From contig CM035352.1 of the NCBI GenBank assembly GCA_020137815.1, positions 9,300,001 through 9,364,000 of the forward strand: a stretch of 64,000 nt of DNA. Direction: 5' to 3'. Positions 1-64,000 of this stretch are shown piece by piece. The notes under the pieces were generated by a model that saw only the letters and a list, made by a program, of their open reading frames with translations, was not told where the DNA came from and ran no database searches. The first letter of the stretch is position 1; every line of letters begins with the position of its first letter. The stretch is from Hormiphora californensis. Lineage: Eukaryota > Animalia > Ctenophora. The translations under genes were made by a program, and so were the position numbers.

Positions 1-1340
1 GTGTAGTGGGGTCTTGAAAGTGGGGCAAGTCTTGTCGTTCCTTATCCATCGCACTGTAGATCTTTTCGACCTTCCCTTTGAAAGCAGCCATAAAAGAATC
101 AGCTAGATCCGTATGTGCTATGTTAGTAGGTACAACCGCTGGTTTCTGTCTACCCAAGAGATAGTTGGTGGTTTGCCATGTTCCCCGTGGATCATGCCGC
201 TGTCCTTCCAGCTTCGCTGCAAAAAATCCTTCTCTCACACTCCGTAACACCCGCTCAGTCTCTTTGTCTTGTTCAGCAGAATCCTGGTACAAATTCAACA
301 ACTCCATTGGTACTGTTGATTTCCCCAATTTACCCCAGTACTTTCTTTCCTTTCTCCTTCGCATCCTCTTGGCTGATTGACATTTATCATAGTTCTGGTT
401 ATACCATTGTTCATTTCTAGTTTTCACTCTTCTGGTTACATATGGTGCTCTCTTGTCCATGAATGATCGAGTTTCAGTGTTGAATAGCGCTACACAGTCA
501 TCTAAATCATCAGGTAGCTCCCCACACATATCCGATCCAAGTATGTCACTTCTTAGATCTTCTATATCGAAGTCTTTCATCATTCGACTAGTGACCGTCC
601 TATAGTCTGATGTGGAACTTAAACCAGAAACTTCCAGGCAGAAGCTCACAAGGGAATGATCTGGTAAAGCCGGAGAACGATATACCTCAACATCACTAAA
701 ACCAATGTCTTCGTCTTTTCTTGTCAGTACCAGGTCTAGAGTTCCACCCCTGGTGTGAGTCGGGCCAACCACATGTTGTAACCAACCCTCTGAATCAATG
801 ACGTCCTTAAATCTCCTTGTAAAACTATCCGCCTCATCTTGGAACCTAACGTTAAAGTCTCCAAGGATCACAGGAACACCACCTTTCGATACGAATGAGG
901 ATAGATAGTCACTAAACTCAGTAAGGAATTGGGCATATTCATTCCCCGTTCTGTAGACAACTGAAAAGCGAAGTCCTACCCTTCCCTTTACAAATGCCTC
1001 GGTACACTCAAATGAAGTAGATTTGATGTTATAAGTAGTAAACTTGATGTCATCCCGGAAAATGAAACCAACTCCTCCCCCTTTTTTCCCATTACGTCTC
1101 GCAGTATTAACCAATGTAAAGCCAAACTCTTTAAACTCTACAGCCAATGCCGATTCATCTTGATTGAGCCAGGTCTCTGTTAGTGCTAAGCAGGAAAGAT
1201 TATGCTGAACCATTAACTCGATAATGGAGTACACCTTATTCCTTAGCGAGAAGCAGTTTGCCAGACCAACCTTCAAAGTCCTGTTTTTCAGTAGTTGTCC
1301 TTTATCGTTTCTTAGTTTTTTGAGTTCCTGAGTTATCGGT
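1..1340 (-). mobile_element. LINE (L2/CR1-group) ORF2 N-terminal part: APE endonuclease plus linker, running off the left edge
   Basis: The minus-strand frame is open from about 1340 to position 1. It reads LKVGLANCFSLRNK...LALTETWL...GGGVG...VYR...ILGDFN...PTHTRGGTLDLV...PDH, which are the APE endonuclease motifs of non-LTR elements. It is missing from the ORF track because no stop lies inside the window. Confidence 0.9.
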
Positions 1341-2910
1341 TAGGGCTAACGATTATCTGCCAGTTACCGTTTAGTTTACTCAAATTGGCCATGTGGTTGC
1401 GTGGCTATAGCCGTTCGAAAAAAGTCGGTCTAGGTGTACTCTTTTGGTAGCGCGCACCTGTAAACAGGCCGCAAGGCACCCAGATTATAATCGCGCCCTG
1501 CGACTGACTTTGAGCTGTGTAAAGAGCTGTGTAAAGACTGTACTGCGCGGCTCCTATTTTGCAGCGTTTTTGTAAACTTTTTAGCGGCGGCGTTCAATTT
1601 AGTCAAGTGTGCAGCGTACAATGGAAAACGTTAAAATGAGACTCATCGCGATTAACTCTTCATAAACGGTTACCCCCTTTCTCTCTTCGGCAGCTTCTCT
1701 TCGGCTGTCGGGAAGTGATGCCAATCGGTGTTGGGGTTAGTGAATTTTCAGAAAAAAAAAAAATGAAAATCTGGGTGCCTTTCATTGCTAACAATTCGTA
1801 GTTTTGGCGCGCGCGACGGGTTAGGGCTATCCGTTAGGGTCTGGTTAGGGTTTGGTTTGGGGTTATCGGTTAGGGCTATCGATTCTCTAACTGATACCGT
1901 TTAGTTTACACAAATCGGCCATGTGGTTGCGTGGCTATAGCCGTTTGAAAAAAGTCGGTCTAAGTGTACTCTTTTGGTAGCCCGCACCTGTAAACAGGCT
2001 GCAAGGCACCCAGATTATAATCGCGCCCGCGCACACGGCACAATCGACCGCGGCTCTTAAAAATCTTGAGTGTTAACACTCGGCCTTTGAAAAAACGGCA
2101 TCGGAAAACGTTAAAATCTGGGCGCCGTTACGATCTGGGTGTTTGGAGGCCTGTTTACAGGTGCGCGCTGCCAAAAAAGTTGATTCACTAAAATGACTCT
2201 AACCGCCAAACCACTCAACCGTTTTGGCTGATTCAAAGTTTATCTGGTAGGGAATGTCAAGGCCTAACCCCAACCCAAACCCCAACCCTAACCCTAACCC
2301 TACTTTAGCCCTAACCCTAAAAAACCGTTTGTCAGCACTCCCAAAACACCCAGATTTTAACGTTGGCCTTAAAATCTGGGTGCTTTCCATTGCTAACAAT
2401 TCATCGATTTTGGCGGTCGAGACGGGTTAGGGCTGTTGTTAGGGTCGGGTTAGGGTTTTGTTTGGGGTTATCGGTTAGGGCTATCGATTCTCTATCAGAT
2501 ACCGTTTAGTTTACTCAAATCGGCCATGTGGTTGCCCGGCTATAGCCGTTTGAAAAAAGTCGGTCTAAGTGGTTTAAGGTGTACTTTTTTGGCAGCGCGC
2601 ACCTGTAAACACGATGCAAGGCACCCAGATTATAATCGCTCCCAACGGCATCGTGTTGCGTGAGACTCTGGTGGTTACTGGTTAGAACTTAGAGCAGCTC
2701 TAACGGGTGTGCCAATAGAGCCATGTCAGTGTAGGGCACTTTTTGGTAGGCCTTCAAACACCCAGATCGTAACGGCGTCCACTTGACTCTGCAAACTATG
2801 AAATCCGAGTGCCAGGTGCTAACAATTTGTCGATTTTGGCGGTCGAGACGAGTCAGGGCTGTCCGCTAGGGTTCGGCCTGAGTGTTCTCTTTTTGGTGTA
2901 CCTGTAAACA
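1332..2910. repeat. Complex repeat or foldback region with telomere-like GGTTAG motifs
   Basis: A unit 'gttatcggttagggct...gcacctgtaaacagg...cacccagattataatcgc' occurs at about 1332-1498, 1860-2028 and 2465-2640. An inverted partial copy lies at about 2100-2360 (aaccctaaccct) and a partial copy at about 2740-2910. Confidence 0.75.
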
Positions 2911-3054
2911 GGCTCAAAAACACTCGAGTTACTAAGCTAGTAGTAGACACTAGGGTGGTAAACGCAAAGAGCGTGCCACCCCACACTGCAGCACAAGTAC
3001 CAGTTACCACATAAGTGTCGCCTACTGTCATAATGGCGCCTTATGATGAAAGTG

Positions 3055-3325
3055 TAAGGGACCCCTAGATAATAGTCACTGTCAGTCGTGCGTTATTTAA
3101 ATGAAAACTACCGGTTTAAAGCAAATATAAATAAGTTAAAGTATACAAATATTAGCAGCAGTATTAAGATGTAGTGGTGTTGCCAGAGACTTCATTCATC
3201 ATTGAAACATCAAACATCCCCGCCCTCAGTAGTTTTGACATCCCATCCACTAGGGTGGATAACCCAGTTATTGTGCCCCTTATTGACTTCATGCTCATTT
3301 GGGCTGCCTTGAACATAGGAGAGTT
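3055..3325 (-). other. Duplicated copy of the last 52 codons, stop and 3' flank of the large gene
   Basis: Matches about 3660-3915 and encodes the identical peptide SPMFKAAQ...GNTTTS*. Confidence 0.9.
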
Positions 3326-3399
3326 GCTTTTTAGGCCATTTGTCACCACCAGAAAAAAGGTAGGCCATTTTTAAATTTTGAGGGGCTCCTGACACACCC

Positions 3400-3660
3400 T
3401 ACAGTACACTCGCCTCCCATGCATTAGGTCCAGGGTTCGATCCTGGTCTAGCGCATGTCGTCTAGTCCACCAAGCTATGATTGGTAGGGGCTCTCTTGAG
3501 ATACCCGAAAGCAACACGAGTGCGTATGTTGTGGGGTGGCGCCTGACTACGCTGCAGAGAAATCTGTACCGGAAGGACCGTGGCTGAACGTTATTGAAAG
3601 GGATATCAGCACCCCCGGCACTGGATTTATCCTAGCCGCCCTGCCTGTAATGAATATGAA
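3400..3660 (+). mobile_element. tRNA-derived SINE (probably 5'-truncated)
   Basis: B-box GGTTCGATCC at about 3434. The head 'acactcgcctcccatgca..ggtccagggttcga' is shared with the copy at about 49718. Confidence 0.65.
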
Positions 3661-3754
3661 ATGGAACCCCTAGTCAATCTTAGTCGTGAGTCGTTTAAAT
3701 GAAAACTACCGGTTTAATGAAATAAGTTAAAGTATACAAATAATAGCAGCAGTA

Positions 3755-64000
<60,246 letters not shown>

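Overview
Eukaryotic, intron-rich animal-type DNA. Taxon cannot be fixed from sequence alone; an invertebrate, possibly a ctenophore, is a low-confidence inference. From about 3755 to beyond the right edge, the minus strand carries dozens of short GT-AG exons. They appear to build one very large mosaic extracellular protein. N- to C-terminal order: kringle, Cys-rich module, LamG/pentraxin-like, galectin-like, 2 F-type-lectin (FTP) domains, kringle, FTP, sushi, ricin-B, Ig-like, WSC, FTP, Ig, ricin-B, several Ig, 2 SRCR, Ly6/uPAR. The introns are packed with MITEs (TA-, TTAA- and 8-bp-TSD types), two DINE-1/HINE-like Helentron derivatives, a tRNA-derived SINE, a LINE fragment and many tandem arrays; a second SINE and a second LINE fragment lie downstream of the stop. 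Three main observations: (1) a 4.3-kb CCC...GGG TIR element with a 2-bp TSD sits inside a kringle-coding exon, and its TIRs supply a GT and an AG that would splice it out in frame (introner-like); (2) more than 20 exon/intron junctions carry tandem duplications of the splice site itself, some amplified to 25-40 copies; (3) a downstream copy of the terminal coding segment differs by 10 substitutions, all synonymous. Exon coordinates were read by eye and are approximate.
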